DNA from: Chrysomallon squamiferum
Lineage: Eukaryota > Animalia > Mollusca
Length of the DNA stretch: 64,000 bases
NCBI GenBank assembly: GCA_012295275.1
Contig: CM022671.1
Coordinates: 33,790,001 to 33,854,000 of the forward strand
Reading direction: 5' to 3'
Each line of letters starts with the position of its first letter. The stretch's first letter is position 1. Of this stretch, positions 26,892 through 41,580 are shown in pieces. The position numbers were made by a program, and so were the translations under genes. The notes beneath the pieces are model-generated. The model had not been told where the DNA came from. It saw only the letters and a program-made list of their open reading frames with translations, and ran no database searches.

Positions 26892-29011
26892 AAAGTAGAA
26901 GTAGAAAAAAAAAAAGAAAAAAAAAAAGCCAATCTAAAACATATACTTCAACAAGATATATAATTCATGCATGATGTATTAACGTTTTAATCGTCCGTTT
27001 AATATTAGCTGCAGTATTTAACGTGTGTCTATTGGTTATACCTTTATAAAAGCGAAACTGTCTTGTCAAACTTATTTCCCACAAACGTTTGACTCTCCTG
27101 ATCCGCGATGGTTTTCAGATCCACGGGTTTAGTCGTAAAACGGCAAGACGCTGAATGTTAACATCACTTCCTTGTTCATACCTGACTGCACGCTGCGGTC
27201 ACTTTCATTATTACTGACACTAAAACGACATAACACTGGCAGAAAGCGTTAGCTTGTCAAACACTGGATTTGTGTTCGACTGCACGGTTTTATTGTTAAA
27301 GATTTCACTGAATCATACTTTTATAGTTATTGTCTGAATACCTGCAGAGATATGTTTTGGTTTTTTTTTTTTTTTTTTTTTTTTTTTCTTTTTGGATGAG
27401 GATATGTTCTGAAACAAAGCTTTCGTAAAATACGAGTTTTTCTTGACACAAAGAGACGATCTCAAACCCATTCGTAAAGTGGCCTTCACAGCTACCGCCG
27501 TTCAAGGATCGATTTTTGACACTGATACATCGGCTAACTGTTTTCCGTTTTAGTCCATCACTGGCATATACATTTATTCTGTGGTGTGTTGTTTTTCTTT
27601 CCTGTGTGTGAGAAGGCGCATACTATAGATCTTTTACTAGCAGCAGATAATAACAATGTTATGAATCTTTATTCTGGGTTTTACTTGATCAGTTACAAAA
27701 TATATTATATGTCAAACAACAAACAGTACGTTAAAATTTACCAAATCTATCCCCAAATAAAACATTTCTGTCTTTCATTATTGAAAAACTCTTATTTCCA
27801 GTCGGTAAGAGTAACTCTTCTGTAAAGACATAGTGTGTTTTCTTACGTATAAACATTTGACACCTAATAATCATTAGCATTAAAAAAAATGTGTTACTAT
27901 GTCGCTGAGAAAATATTCATCTTGTGACTAAAATCGGTTTGCGAAAGTCATTACACTACATAACAATGTCCACACAACAAAAAAACATGATAATGTGTCT
28001 GAAATAGCCAAGTTTTTTCTAACTTTAATTAGTCATTTACAAGACGTGGCACAAAGCAGCAGAACGGTGATATTACAAAATTACATCTTTATTATCCATG
28101 TGCATGGCAGAACGTGGTTTCTTTTCCGAAGTTACGTGAACGTAAATGAATTGTCCTCCAGTGTCAAGACATGCCAGTCTAAGTACAGCAGTTCTAAGTT
28201 CATAAATTAGTGGCAGACTGCTGTATGTTTATGTACGACTCTCGAGTGTCCTGGCTGGGTCACGACACTGGGACTGCTAGAACTGACAAAAATAAACTGT
28301 ACTTGTTTTATGTCGTGTTTTGAGAGTTAGTGGTGGTAGTGTGCGTTGTATGTATGTATGTATGTATGTATGTATGTATGTATGTATGTATGTTTTATGG
28401 ATGTATGTTTGTATGTAAGTAAGTATGTATGTATGTATGTATGTATGTATGTATTATGTATATATGTATTATGTATATCTGTATGTATGCATGCATACTT
28501 GTATATATGTATGTATGTATATATGTATTATGTATATTTGTATGTATGCATGCATACTTGTATATATATGTATGTATATATGTATGTATGTATGTATGTA
28601 AGTTCATCTTTTTTAATCTGATCATATTAGTTTATATCTCAAGCGACATACTGTTATAATGTACACATGTATATTTGTAAATGTGTTTGTATGGATGTAT
28701 GTGTGTATTTATGTATGTATTATATGAATATGAGTGTATAAGTATTAAAATTTATATGTACAGAAATCTTCCGCTGTACGTAAAGAACTATACATGCTAA
28801 AGTTAATTTACTACAATTTAATTTAATTCAAGTTCATATTTCAGCAAACTAAAATATCCTGTTATTTATAAACACATTTAATCTAAGTTCGTTGATCTTT
28901 CTAAACTAATACACATCCATCTGAGAAGACAGATTTCGAAATATTTTAAAATTATAATTTACATTTTCCTTTACGTAATTCACGGTATATAGCAGTCTAA
29001 ACCTGTCTAGA

Positions 29012-29069
<58 letters not shown>

Positions 29070-29989
29070 GAAGCCTCCTTCAAGCTCGACTTTTGACTAT
29101 ATGTATATTTATTTATTTTGCTGTTGTAATAGTATCATAAGATGACAGCCGAGGTAGGCGGGTAGATCGTCAAAACGCACTTTGTCACATAGAAAACAGT
29201 ATTAAACCAATTCTCCCTTTTTCTACGCATACATGACAAGCACTTAGCCTAGTAATTATACATGCAAAGATTTCATCTTATCCATAAAATCAACTAATAT
29301 TACAAATATTTCGCTTAATCATATCTCAGCACACGAAATTATAATATTAATGTTTCTTAAGTGTCTAAGATATTAGAAAAGAAAAAAAAAAAAAAAAAGA
29401 AAAAGAAGCACAGGTTATGTGCTCTTACCCATTGTGTTTTGTTATAGGGAAATAAGCCAAAGTGCCTAGTGCGAAGCTTTGATCCTGCAGCCTTTAAAGC
29501 CCCGGGCAAATTTCTGTTCTCTCCCTTTACATTCAGTTCTTATCTGATTTACAAAAAAAAATCCCCCAAAAACCTAACAATCATAGTGATGAATAAAATA
29601 ATAAATAAATAAATAAATAAATAAATAAAAATAAAGTCAGTACACGAGTTATAATGAATGTTACAGATGTCAGTTTTAACTGAAGTGATAACCGCTATAT
29701 TAAAAGGTGGTGGCTGGCTCTCTAGTGTTGAGATGCCGAGGGACACAGGATCAAATCCACCCAGCGTCCAGTTACCAGAATGAAAAAGGAAGATGTATGT
29801 TTTAAATGTTTAGTTCATGAATTAGGAATAATATGTTTATCTACTGAATGTGGATGTTGTTGTACGTATGTGTGTATGTTTGTGTGTACGTTTAGAAAAT
29901 GCAGTGATAGTTATATTAGTGGTAGCAATAAAGCTAACAGAACTAGCAGTTTTTGTAGTAATAACAGTTTATTAATTGTTCTAAAACAT

Positions 29990-30445
29990 ACTAATAGTGA
30001 CAGCAGTAATTATAACAGTAACAGTAACAGTAGTAGTAACTGAATTAGTAGTAATAGTAAAAATAAAAGTTGTAGTATGAGTTGTAATAGTAACAGTAGT
30101 AGTAGTAGTAGTAATTGTAGTAGTGGTAATGGTAGTAGTATTAATAGTAGTTGTAGTAACAACTGCAGAGGTAGCCATCGTATTAGTTAATTATAGTAAC
30201 AGTATTAGTATAGTAATAGCAATAATATCAGTAGTAGTAGGAACAGTGGTGGTAGTAGTAGTAGTGGTAGCTGTAGTAGTAATAATAGTAGTAATAACAA
30301 GTGTACCTGTAGTTGTACTAGTATTAATTATAGTATTAGTAATAGTATCAGTAGAATTATCAGCAGTAGTGATAATAGTACTAGTAGTAGTAGTCGTAGT
30401 GGTAGTAGTAGTAATTGTTGTTGATGTTGTTGTAGTTGTGATGGT
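29990..30445. repeat. Degenerate (AGT/AAT)n trinucleotide low-complexity tract
   Basis: Long imperfect GTA/GTG/AAT triplet array that produces spurious poly-V and poly-T ORFs. Confidence 0.85.
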
Positions 30446-30716
30446 TTCATACTTATTACACTGAAATAATTTCGTTCGAGACAGATGAAAAATGGTTTTC
30501 ATTTTGAGACATGATATAACTGTTATCTGCTAACTATACGTACCGTGATCAGTTATTAATCTCTGTTTTTATCAAGTACAGGTAATATACAGTCATGTAT
30601 TCTATGTTTTCTAGTTCACCTATTTATTTATCTTTCTGTCTGTCTGAAATACAAAACAGAGTTAATAATAGTAATAGTACAGATTGTTATCAGGTGTAAA
30701 TTAAATATACGCATAG

Positions 30717-30756
<40 letters not shown>

Positions 30757-30926
30757 AAACACTGGCATACATTAAACTAATGAGCCGACAGACAAAATTA
30801 TATATATATATATATTTGTGTCTATTAGCTTACTATAATATATGTTAGTGGTGAACAAATTTTATATTTAAATTTTATTTTAACTATGAACATGTGAAAA
30901 TACACATACATAAATACGCACTACAG

Positions 30927-30982
<56 letters not shown>

Positions 30983-31577
30983 GACACAAAATCATAATAA
31001 ACGTGTATATGATTATTTCGGTAATGTTTCCTAAAAACACTGGTCAAGGTTTTCTTTATCGCAGTAAAACACAACCACGTGTGGACGGTTACTTGTGATA
31101 CTCGAGAACAACGCATGTGGGGCACTCTCCTTGATAATTGGTCAAGATTGCGATGGTCATTTGATAAACACTAATTTATTATTATTTTTATTATTATCGT
31201 TATTTGTTTGGTCTATTTCGGGCACATGCGACGTCCTTGCAACTTATACTCGTTGCTTCCAGCATGTTGGTTTAATTAGCAGTGTTATCAAGATACGTTT
31301 GTCCATGGTACCGAGTTTCTGTGAGAGTTCTGTGTCGCACAGAGTAATTATTGCTTTGTGACCACCATCTCTCCCTCCACACTGATACATCCCTCCCTGT
31401 CGGTATCCCCCCTTCAGAATAAAAACCATATATCTGCTTATATGTTCTAATGGTCAGTACCCTTCAGAAAGTTCATTGTTCTGAAAGTAAGTACATACAA
31501 ATATATACATACACATTCATATAAAACGAACATACAAACAGACAAATATACATACATACATACATGCATACATACAC

Positions 31578-31608
<31 letters not shown>

Positions 31609-32194
31609 CATACATACATAGATATATACACACATACACATTTACAAAAATGCACGCATACATTGCAACAGTTCGTTGCTCGCTTACAGACTAAAGTGAT
31701 CAGATCAGAATGAGATGAATAATAATTAAGAGATAAAGTTGAAGTGTTTGCACTCGTTGCCAGTCAGCTGATGTGTAATGTTATCAGCCTGTTTGTGTCA
31801 CATCAAAGCAGTTTGAACTTTAATATGAAATAACTGGAATATCACAACTGTTGCTTTGTACTCTTGGTGTCCGGTGAAATCTGCTGACGAGACCAAGAGA
31901 TTGATCTCAAATAAACGTTAGTAACAAGTAACAAGTTTCAAAGAGCAAGCTTTGGTCTACGCTAAGTCTTTTTGTATTAGAGTCTTCTACAAACAATGCC
32001 ATTGTTTGCTCAGTATCTGTTACAGATGATTTCTGTGGCGCTATCTCTTCGACGCATCACAGTGACGTATTACAATGACGTATTACAATGACGTAGTAGA
32101 CTGAAGTATTACATTTCCATGTCACAGTGACGTATATTAAACTCAGTATTGTAAAACCTTACTCTGGTATTCAGCTGTAATAAAATATTGTAAA

Positions 32195-32850
32195 TCACTG
32201 TAATATTCAATTCTAATACAATTTGTTATACATCACTTTAATAGTCAATTCGAGTACAATTTGTTATACATTCACTGTAATATTCAATTCTAGTACAATT
32301 TGTTATACATCACTTTAATAGTCAATTCTAGTACAATTTGTTATACATCAATTTAATATTCAATTCTAATACAATTTGTTATACATCACTTTAATAGTCA
32401 ATTCTAGTACAATTTGTTATACATCAATTTAATAGTCAATTCTAATACAATTTGTTATACATCAATTTAATAGTCAATTCTAGTACAATTTGTTATATAT
32501 CACTTTAATAGTCAATTCGAGTACAATTTGTTATATATTCGCTGTAATATTCAACCCTAATACAATTTGTTATACATCATTTTAATATTCAATTCTAGTA
32601 CATTTGTTATACATCACTTTAATATTCAGTTCTAGTACAATTTGTTATACATTCACTGTAATATTCAATTCTAGTACAATTTGTTATGGGTCATTGTAAC
32701 ATTATACAATTTATTACACGTCACTAGAATATTTATCTCCATTGCAATACTGTAATGTATTCAACTCTAATACAATTTGTTATACATTTCTGTAATATTC
32801 ATCTTCAATACTATAATTATACGTTATTGTAATATTCAACTTTAATATAC
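32195..32850. repeat. Minisatellite, 38-39 bp unit, roughly 13 well-conserved copies plus degenerate flanks
   Basis: Head-to-tail unit approximately CAATTCTAGTACAATTTGTTATACATCACTTTAATAGT, with no unique spacers. Confidence 0.9.
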
Positions 32851-34541
32851 AGAATGTCGCTTTACAGAACGGTGTTAGTTTTGTGTATATCACGTTAAAA
32901 TGATGCATTATAAAATACATAAATATTCATTTATAAACTGCAGAATGGAAACCTCGCACTCACACAAAGTATTCTATTTACACCTACAGACTAACAAATG
33001 ATTTATCTTACTGATATATATATATATATATATAAATATAAAAAAATAAAAAAAAAAGTTTTATTATCTCTTACGACCTACAAGAAAACTTTGTTGTTGT
33101 TGTTGTTGTTGTTTTTCTTCTTTCTTTGTTTTTTTGTTTCTGTTTCTGTTTTGTTTTGTTGCTTGTTTTGTTTTATTATTATTATTTTTATTTTTTTAGT
33201 TTTAATTTGTATTATTTATTTATTTATATAATTTTTTTTTTTTTTTTTTTTATATATATATATTTTTATTTTTTTTTTTTTTGTATTTTTTTTTTATTTA
33301 TTTTTTATTTTATTTTTTTTTTTATTTATGTAGGTTACAAGGATGTAACTTGCTATTAGTGAGACTGCCTCAGGCGTGATAGACTGCGGTTTCGAATCTT
33401 CTCCATGCACTACTTTGTTCACCTCACAAGAATAATTAGAATGTCGCTGAACGAGCGAGTGACACAACTCGGTTATTTACTGCTTATTTCACTTTTCTAA
33501 ATTTGATTTATCAACGTCCACGACACTTTGCTTTCAGTGGATGGTACATAAAATACTCTCAAACACCTAAAACATATTCTTCTATTAAAGTCCTTAAATT
33601 TCAAAATTATAAATAATGTATATGAAACAGATTTTTAAAAAGAAGAAAGGAAACAAACAAACAAACACCAACAATAACAACAAGAAAAAAAAAAAAAGCT
33701 ATGATAAATGTAGCCATATCGAACAGGTATCGTTCTAAACACTTAACATAATCTTTGATAATCCAGTTTTGATACAATTGTTGGAAGTGAAATTAGATAA
33801 CAATAATAATTTAAAAAAAAATAAAATAAAAAAATAAGCAGGTTATTTAATTTCAGATGAAATAACAAAATAAATACACCCAATAAACATTTGTGTGTTT
33901 CTTTGTGTGTATTTATGAACGTATGTATGTTCTGCGTGTGTCTTGTGTGAGTGAGTGCGTGTGAACGCATCAGCGTGTGTGGCGGAGAAGAACTGAATAC
34001 TCTCAGCAATAGTAACGGTTGTCATATAAACCAAAAAAAAAATTAAAAAATTATCTTTATTCATTCAGTATAATTATTACAGATAAATGAATGTTTGTGG
34101 ACTTTAGGAGAATCGATCCCGAAAAAAAAAAAAAAATCACAGTTCAGAGGAGAGAATTATTTCTTTGGTGCAGTCCCTGGTGAGTTGCATCAGAAAACCA
34201 GCAGAAACAAGCAGACCTGCTATAGTATAATTTATATACGACAGCCACAACTTGCGCGTGATTCACTCGCTTGTTTTGTTATAATGTCTGCTGTCTTCGA
34301 GCCCTAAATTTAATCTGTCATCTTCCTTTCGTCATAGCATTGTTTTTCAAGTACGCTTTGTGTGTACACGTGTCAGGGGTCACTGGGTCAGAATGAGGGT
34401 TGGAGTGCTTCACCCCCAACACGCGCCCCATTTCTTAGTCTAAGTATGGTTATTTATCTCGTGTCAGCATTTTATTTCTTTTATTATTATTATTTTATTA
34501 TTATGATTTTATTTTTTTATTTTTTATGTTTTATTTTTATT

Positions 34542-34574
<33 letters not shown>

Positions 34575-34606
34575 TTATTTTTATATTTTTTATGTTTTAT
34601 TTTTTT

Positions 34607-34657
<51 letters not shown>

Positions 34658-35039
34658 TTTTTTTTTGTTGTTTCTTTCTTTGCTTGTTTTCGTTTTTTTT
34701 TGGTGGCTATGGGAGGTTTTATGCAAAATGTTTCTTACATTTGTAGTTGTAGTTTTGTATATTTACACGTAAAATTATTGTAAATAATTTATGAGACTAA
34801 AAACATGAATACTGCGATAAAAATAGAGGAAAGTATGTGACACACTGGCACAGAGACACACAGTCATACATAACAATTTCACAAACAGACAGACATACGT
34901 ACACACTGATAGATAAACAGACAGACAGACAGACAGACAGGCAGTCAGTCAGAGAGCGAAATAAATGAGACAAATATTTACGTCAGTGTTCACAAACAAC
35001 TTATCTATTTACATTAAATGTGTTTGTGTGTGTGTGTGT

Positions 35040-35090
<51 letters not shown>

Positions 35091-35647
35091 TGTATTTGTA
35101 CACGAGTACTATTTCTACAGTGAAATTCTTTACCGACAGTGAGTTTGTTTTGAGGTTTGATCCTTCAAACTCGACTCGTGACGTGTGTACATTATCATTT
35201 ACGACGAGGATGTCACCATGTTCAAATCGGACGCCCCATAATGAAATGGGTTAGCCGGAATGCGAATTGCACCTGGTAATAAATTACTTAGTAGTTGATG
35301 CTGTGGGTCCTCTGTGAAATAGCTCCGACAAGTGGGACAGAGTGCCCTAACTCTTAATTTATTATTTTAACAGTACGCTGAAGAGGAACACGTATAAATA
35401 ACAAAACAACACACAGGCACAGAATGCAATAATAAGTAATAGACCGTTACTCTGTACGTCTGTTTGTATAATCACTACGTATATATATCTGCATCTATAT
35501 GTCTTTCTGTCCGTCTATCTATCTATTTGTCTGTCTGGCTATCTCCGTCTGTTCCTTTGTCTAGCTCTCTGTATATCAGTCTTTCTATTTGAGGTTTCTA
35601 TCTTCCATTATCTCTCTCTGTATATGTGTGTTGTGTGTATGTGTGTG

Positions 35648-35682
<35 letters not shown>

Positions 35683-36684
35683 GTTTATGTCCGTCTATCT
35701 GTTTAAATCCTTGAGTAATTACAGAGATTAATAATTTTGCTAGTCTATAATAATTTTATATTTAATAATTTATTTGTTTCTATAGCTGTGGCTTTTTTTT
35801 TTTTTTTTTTTTTTCTTATTTGGTTATTTTGTTGATTTTTGTTTCATTTTTTTTTTGTAATACGAGTTGTTGTTTTTTTAGGTTGTTTTATTCTTATTTT
35901 TTTTTATAGTTGTTGTTGCTGTTGTTTGTTTTTCTTCTTTGTCACCGATTCCATCTGTCCGTCTACATTTAGGAAAATTTTAAAATTTATTTCGGGTTAA
36001 AAATATTTGATGAGGAGATGGTTTAAATTTAGGAAACAAATTAAATTTTACTCGGGTTAAATTTTGATATAAAATCAGGAAGTCTTCTGTACATTTAATC
36101 TGACCAACTTTTTTAATACTTTATATCATTTAGATAAAGAGTACATACTGAATGTCTTGTAAACAACATACACACCTTCCTGGTAAAATACATCCCAGAA
36201 GCTAACCAAGAAGAACGTAACCGGAATGTAGGGGTATATCGGTTTCAAATAATGGGTACACTTCCCTCTACAGAATAGAATAGTAACAAATGTTTCAATT
36301 ATTGGGTCAAAATAGCACGTGTTAGAAAATATGGTATGAGTAAGACGTATGCTTGAGAAAATAAGTAAGTAAGAAAATAAATAAATAAATAAATAAACTA
36401 TTTATAATCCGCAGAACTGAGACATAGAGTGAAAGACGTAGAGAAGAGAGTAAAAGAAAGAGCGGGAGAAGGGTGAAGGAGAAAGCGAAGAAGGGAGAGA
36501 GAAAGGATGAATCTTATAAAGACAGTAAAAAATAACTTACCAGACTGTTGATAAGGAATTAAAAAGAAAGAGAGAAAGAACGACACACACACAGATAACA
36601 ATAAACAGTATTCTATTGTCACACAGACTATTTAATAGTAATAGGTGTCAGTTATGGTTTTATATAAAATGATATAAGAAAAAC

Positions 36685-36760
36685 GAAATTCGCTGCCGCC
36701 ACTGCATGGGTTACTCTTTTCTGCTAGCAGCAGAGGATATGATCTGTTTTAATACAACTC
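36685..36760. mobile_element. Degenerate SINE-like fragment
   Basis: CGCTGCCGCCACTGCATGGGTTACTCTTTTCTGCTAGCAGCAGAGGAT resembles, from memory only, an abundant gastropod SINE segment (GCTGCCGCCACATGGGCTACTCTTTCCGATTAGCAGCAAGGG). Not verified by search. Confidence 0.4.
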
Positions 36761-36923
36761 ATCTGAATGGAAAACAAAGCGTGGAAACAGGATCGTTTTA
36801 ACAGCAATACAAGGCCCAGGAGCAAACTGATACACACAAACCAGTATATAGTTAACCAGTTTAAATATTAAATGATTCTTTATGTTTTCTTAATTTTAAT
36901 ATATACATACATACACACACATA

Positions 36924-36959
<36 letters not shown>

Positions 36960-36961
36960 TA

Positions 36962-37034
<73 letters not shown>

Positions 37035-37218
37035 TTATTTGTGACTTTATATATATATAGTTTTGTTATATGTATTTCGACTTTAGTATAACATAGTATT
37101 TATTTATTTACAGCAAGCCATAACATATACAGACTCCATTGATATACCACTTACTTGGATTAACCAATCATATGGTTTTAGCAGGAACGGGAAACAAGAA
37201 GACATACTGAAACAGACA

Positions 37219-37319
<101 letters not shown>

Positions 37320-38230
37320 CAATAACAGGAAATGAAGTAAAATAATATATGTATAAAAGACAGACAAAAAAAAAAAAAAGAAAGATGATTCAGCTATAAA
37401 TTCATCAGAGTCATCTTAATAGTTGATGCATCATGCAATTTTACTGCAAGACCCTATATGACCTTTGAAAGGTCACTGGAACATAATGAGATTGGAAACC
37501 CGAATCTTCAAACAGGCTGCACTTGATGTTTTTTAATACGTCAGCGTTTTTCATTAAAAAAAAAAAAAAAAAAAACACAACACAAATAGACTGTAAAAAC
37601 ACACAACACAAATAGATTGTTGATACCCTGGTATTATTACCATTTACAAACTGCGCTGCGAACTTCAGACCCGATTGGTCTGTAGTTGTTAAAACAATAC
37701 ACGTTTTCAAACATTACGTTTTATTACCTCAAAAAATGTCATGACGTAACTTACGGAATGTGTTCTTAACCTTTGAACATTTGAAAAGAAATTCTATATT
37801 CTACAGCTTAGTTTTAATAGACATGCTTCGAAAAAAATACCAAATATTTAGTAAAATTATTTTTTCCATGAAAACATTTTCTTTACGAGTATAAAAAAAA
37901 TATATTATCAGTTATGATGTTAAATATTTTGTTCGGGCTGTATATAAGAGATAATTTCGTATCTGTATGTACACACAATGAGAAAATCACTAAAGATTGT
38001 TCTTGTTCAGCAATATTTGGTGAGGACATTTTAATATCATTGAATACCACAACTTAAGTGGCTGCTTGAAAAGAGTGTCAATTTCTTGTAGCGCTGTCAC
38101 AAACAATAAATTATTTTTTGTGTATATAGTCAGTTTTTATCAGCTACATTTGAGTGTATGTATTATCTATGTACATGTGTACCTGTCTATCCATATTTCT
38201 CTGTCAATTTGCCTATCAACTTATCTCTCA

Positions 38231-38313
<83 letters not shown>

Positions 38314-38948
38314 TGCATGAATGTATGTATATATGTATGTATGTATGCATGAATGCATGTATGTATGTATGTATGTATGTATATGTGCATATTGTATACA
38401 TCCATGCACATATGGATGATGGATTCATTTATGGGTCAATGGATGGATCATATACAAATAATTTTCATATTGTATTTAATTATAAACAGAACTATTTTGA
38501 TTCGTGATTCTAAACAATTTTTTTTTTCTTTTTTTTTTCCTTTTTTTTTTTTTTTTTATTTAGTAATAAAGAAAGAAAGAAAGAAAGAAAGAAAAAAGAA
38601 AGAAAGAAAGAAAGAAAAAAGTTGGAAGAAAGAAAGGTATCATCATGTTTTAGAATTATATTCATGATTCTTAGCATGCATGAATGTATTTATTTCAGTA
38701 TGAAGTTACTTGTGATTCAGCTGGTGAGAGCAAGGACAGAAATCTGAATCGCGGTGCAGATAGGACATCACGTGATTTGTGCGTCATACGAAGTGGATCA
38801 AGTGACTGGACGAGTGATGCCTCATACACGATCAGCAACTCGGGAACACTGTTTGCGTGTTTAGTAACATATCTTTTTCTTTTCTTTTCTTTCCTTTTTT
38901 CTTTTCTTTTTCTTTTCTTTTCTTTTCTTTTTTCTTTTTTTCTTTTCA

Positions 38949-38980
<32 letters not shown>

Positions 38981-38988
38981 CTTTTTTT

Positions 38989-39023
<35 letters not shown>

Positions 39024-39577
39024 CTTTTCTTTTCTTTCTTTTCAAAAAATATATATACATGTGTGTATATTTCTTTGTTTCTTAATATTTGAATGAATGT
39101 ATGAGTGTATGTATGTATGTATGAATGTATGTATGTATGCATATGCATGTATGTATGTATGTATGTATGTGTGTGTGTGTGTATGTATGTATGCATGTAT
39201 GTATGTATGTTTGTATGTATGTATGTATGCATGTATGTATGTATGTTTGTATGTATGTATGTATGAATGTATGCATGTATGTATGTATAAATATGTGTGA
39301 ATGTATATATTAGGTATATAAGTAGGTAGTATTTTTGCTCGCTTAATAACACAGAGCGTACTAGTTTTTTTAGTTCTGCAGTAACAATCGAAATTTCTTC
39401 TTCGTCGCTGTACAAGTTCTAAAAACGAGCACAACGTCTTTGATGAAGATGCACACTGTCAATATTTGTCACGACGGGGACAGATTGCGTCAAAAAGGTG
39501 CTACGTCACACACAGCCTAAACGTTCACAGATCGATGTCTCGCTGGTTCTCGTGGTACCGACGTCTCCGAGTTGGAG

Positions 39578-39597
39578 AGGTCAGAGGTCAGAGGTCA
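39578..39597 (+). promoter_or_regulatory. Triple AGGTCA direct repeat with DR1 spacing (candidate nuclear receptor element)
   Basis: AGGTCA-g-AGGTCA-g-AGGTCA within a CpG-rich unique patch at about 39440-39650. Confidence 0.35.
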
Positions 39598-39652
39598 CAC
39601 GGCTGGTACACGACGAGATTCGCTTTCTTGACACACGTTTAAAATAGCTGGG

Positions 39653-39736
<84 letters not shown>

Positions 39737-41339
39737 AAAACGTGTTGATGGTGATGGTTGAAATAGTATAGTAATATAACTACTAATAGTATTATGTATA
39801 TGTTCATAGTGGTACTATTACTATTACTTCTAATCTTGATGCTACAGCTATTGATACTACGACTACTACTGCTACTACAACTACTACTACTACTACTATT
39901 ATTATTATTATTATTAGTAGTAGTAGTAGTAGTAGTAGTAGTATTTTTGTTATTATGATTGTACTGCTATTACTACTATTATTGCTATTATTACTACTAA
40001 TGTTGTGGTTGTTTATTTTATTTTATTTTATTTTATTTTTTTGCTTGTTTGTTTGATCTGTTGTTTTTGAAGGTTTTTTTTTTAAGTTTCTTTATTTCTT
40101 TCTTCTTTTCTTTCAGTTTTACTGTCTTTCTCCTTCTTTTTCTTTTCTTTTTTCTTTATTTTTATTTACATAAAAAATAAATAAATAATAATAATAATTA
40201 TAATAATCATTAAAATGATTATTATGTATCTTTGAGAAAAGCATCTTGTCTCTTCATCAAACTTACACTGTTAGAGAAAAAACAGGCGTATTACCCAACA
40301 ATCAACTTCTCCATAAGAAATTATCTCAAAACGTCACCTTAAACCGCACTTAAACCAGGATATAAACTTATTTATTTAAACTATCAGAATTATGTCACGC
40401 TAGGCCCTCCTCTATTGTATAAATTTAATTAACAGTAGATTTAACATACACGATATACCAAGAGGTACACCATGACACAATTTCTCAGCATATTATCTAA
40501 TCTCATCCAGCAGTCAGTTGATTACTTACGTACATAGATAAATAATTTAACTTTGAACTTCACCTAAGACAAAAAGTTGACCTCATTTGTGATAATCTTT
40601 GTTCTCGTTCGTCTTTGCAGGTGACTGAAATAAATTCCAACCAAGAAGTCAACCTCGTAGTGGCTAATAAAACGTTTCAACATATTTTACCTTTTTTTTT
40701 TTTTTTTAAACTATTATTTTATTTCATTTCATTATATTATATTATATTTTATTTTATTTTATTTTATTTTATTTTATTTTATTTCATTTTATTTTATACA
40801 GGAACAAAGCCTACATGTATATTGTTGTTTTTGGGGGGGTTGGGGGGTTACGTTTTTTTTTTTTACTTTCTTGCGATTGATGGTTTCAATTTTTTTTCTT
40901 CAAATTTTTCTTCTCGCGGGATGTGTATGTCACGTCCATTACAGAACTGATATACGCCTTTTATTTATATCAGAGTCTATACCTGCAAATCTGATTAAGT
41001 AATTCTCAGAGTTGTTAAGTCAATCAGTTTATCTCTCAAGTCTTGTTTCTAGATATGAGTCCCCTTGCGGGAATCGTTCCCAGTACCTACCAATCATCAG
41101 ACCCAGATGTGTTTACTTATTGCGTCACTAAACTCGGTTGTTCCTGTTTTTCTTGTAAGCAGCTTAAATCCTAGAGAAACTAATTACTTTAAGAGCGTCT
41201 TACTTAATAATATTTCATGTCAAGTGACAGTTTCCGAATGTCGCCGACAATTTACGAAAGAAATCGTGAGTTACAAATGTGCAGCAAGTGACGCAAAGCT
41301 CAGTGCGTTGTTGACCTAATAACTTGATTTATTTATTTA

Positions 41340-41580
41340 TTTATTTATTCATTTATTTTATTTAAGAATGAATAAAATTAAATCAGTGACTTAATTATTT
41401 GACATAAACAAACGAACGAAGAATGAAACAGATTAATTAATTATAAGTAAATAGAAACAAATTTATTTATTTATTTTATTTTATTTAAGAATGAATAAAA
41501 TTAAATCGGTGACTTAATTATTTGACATAAACAAACGAACGAAGAATGAAACAGATTAATTAATTATAAGTAAATAAAAT
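41340..41580. repeat. Tandem duplication, 123 bp period, 2 copies
   Basis: TTAAGAATGAATAAAATTAAATC(A/G)GTGACTTAATT...TATAAGTAAATA starts at both 41362 and 41485. Confidence 0.9.

Noticed and set aside
29700-29780. tRNA gene (B-box-like GGATCAAATCC; similar GGTTTCGAATC near 33390 and SINE-like patches near 35150-35350 and 57100-57240)
   Set aside because: No cloverleaf can be folded. At best these are decayed tRNA-derived SINE remnants, too weak to annotate.
32195-32850. CRISPR array
   Set aside because: The units are head-to-tail with no unique spacers, no cas genes are present and the context is eukaryotic.
35965-36070. Short imperfect duplication of about 40 bp (TTTAGGAAA...TCGGGTTAAA)
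   Set aside because: Two diverged AT-rich copies only, with no functional signal.
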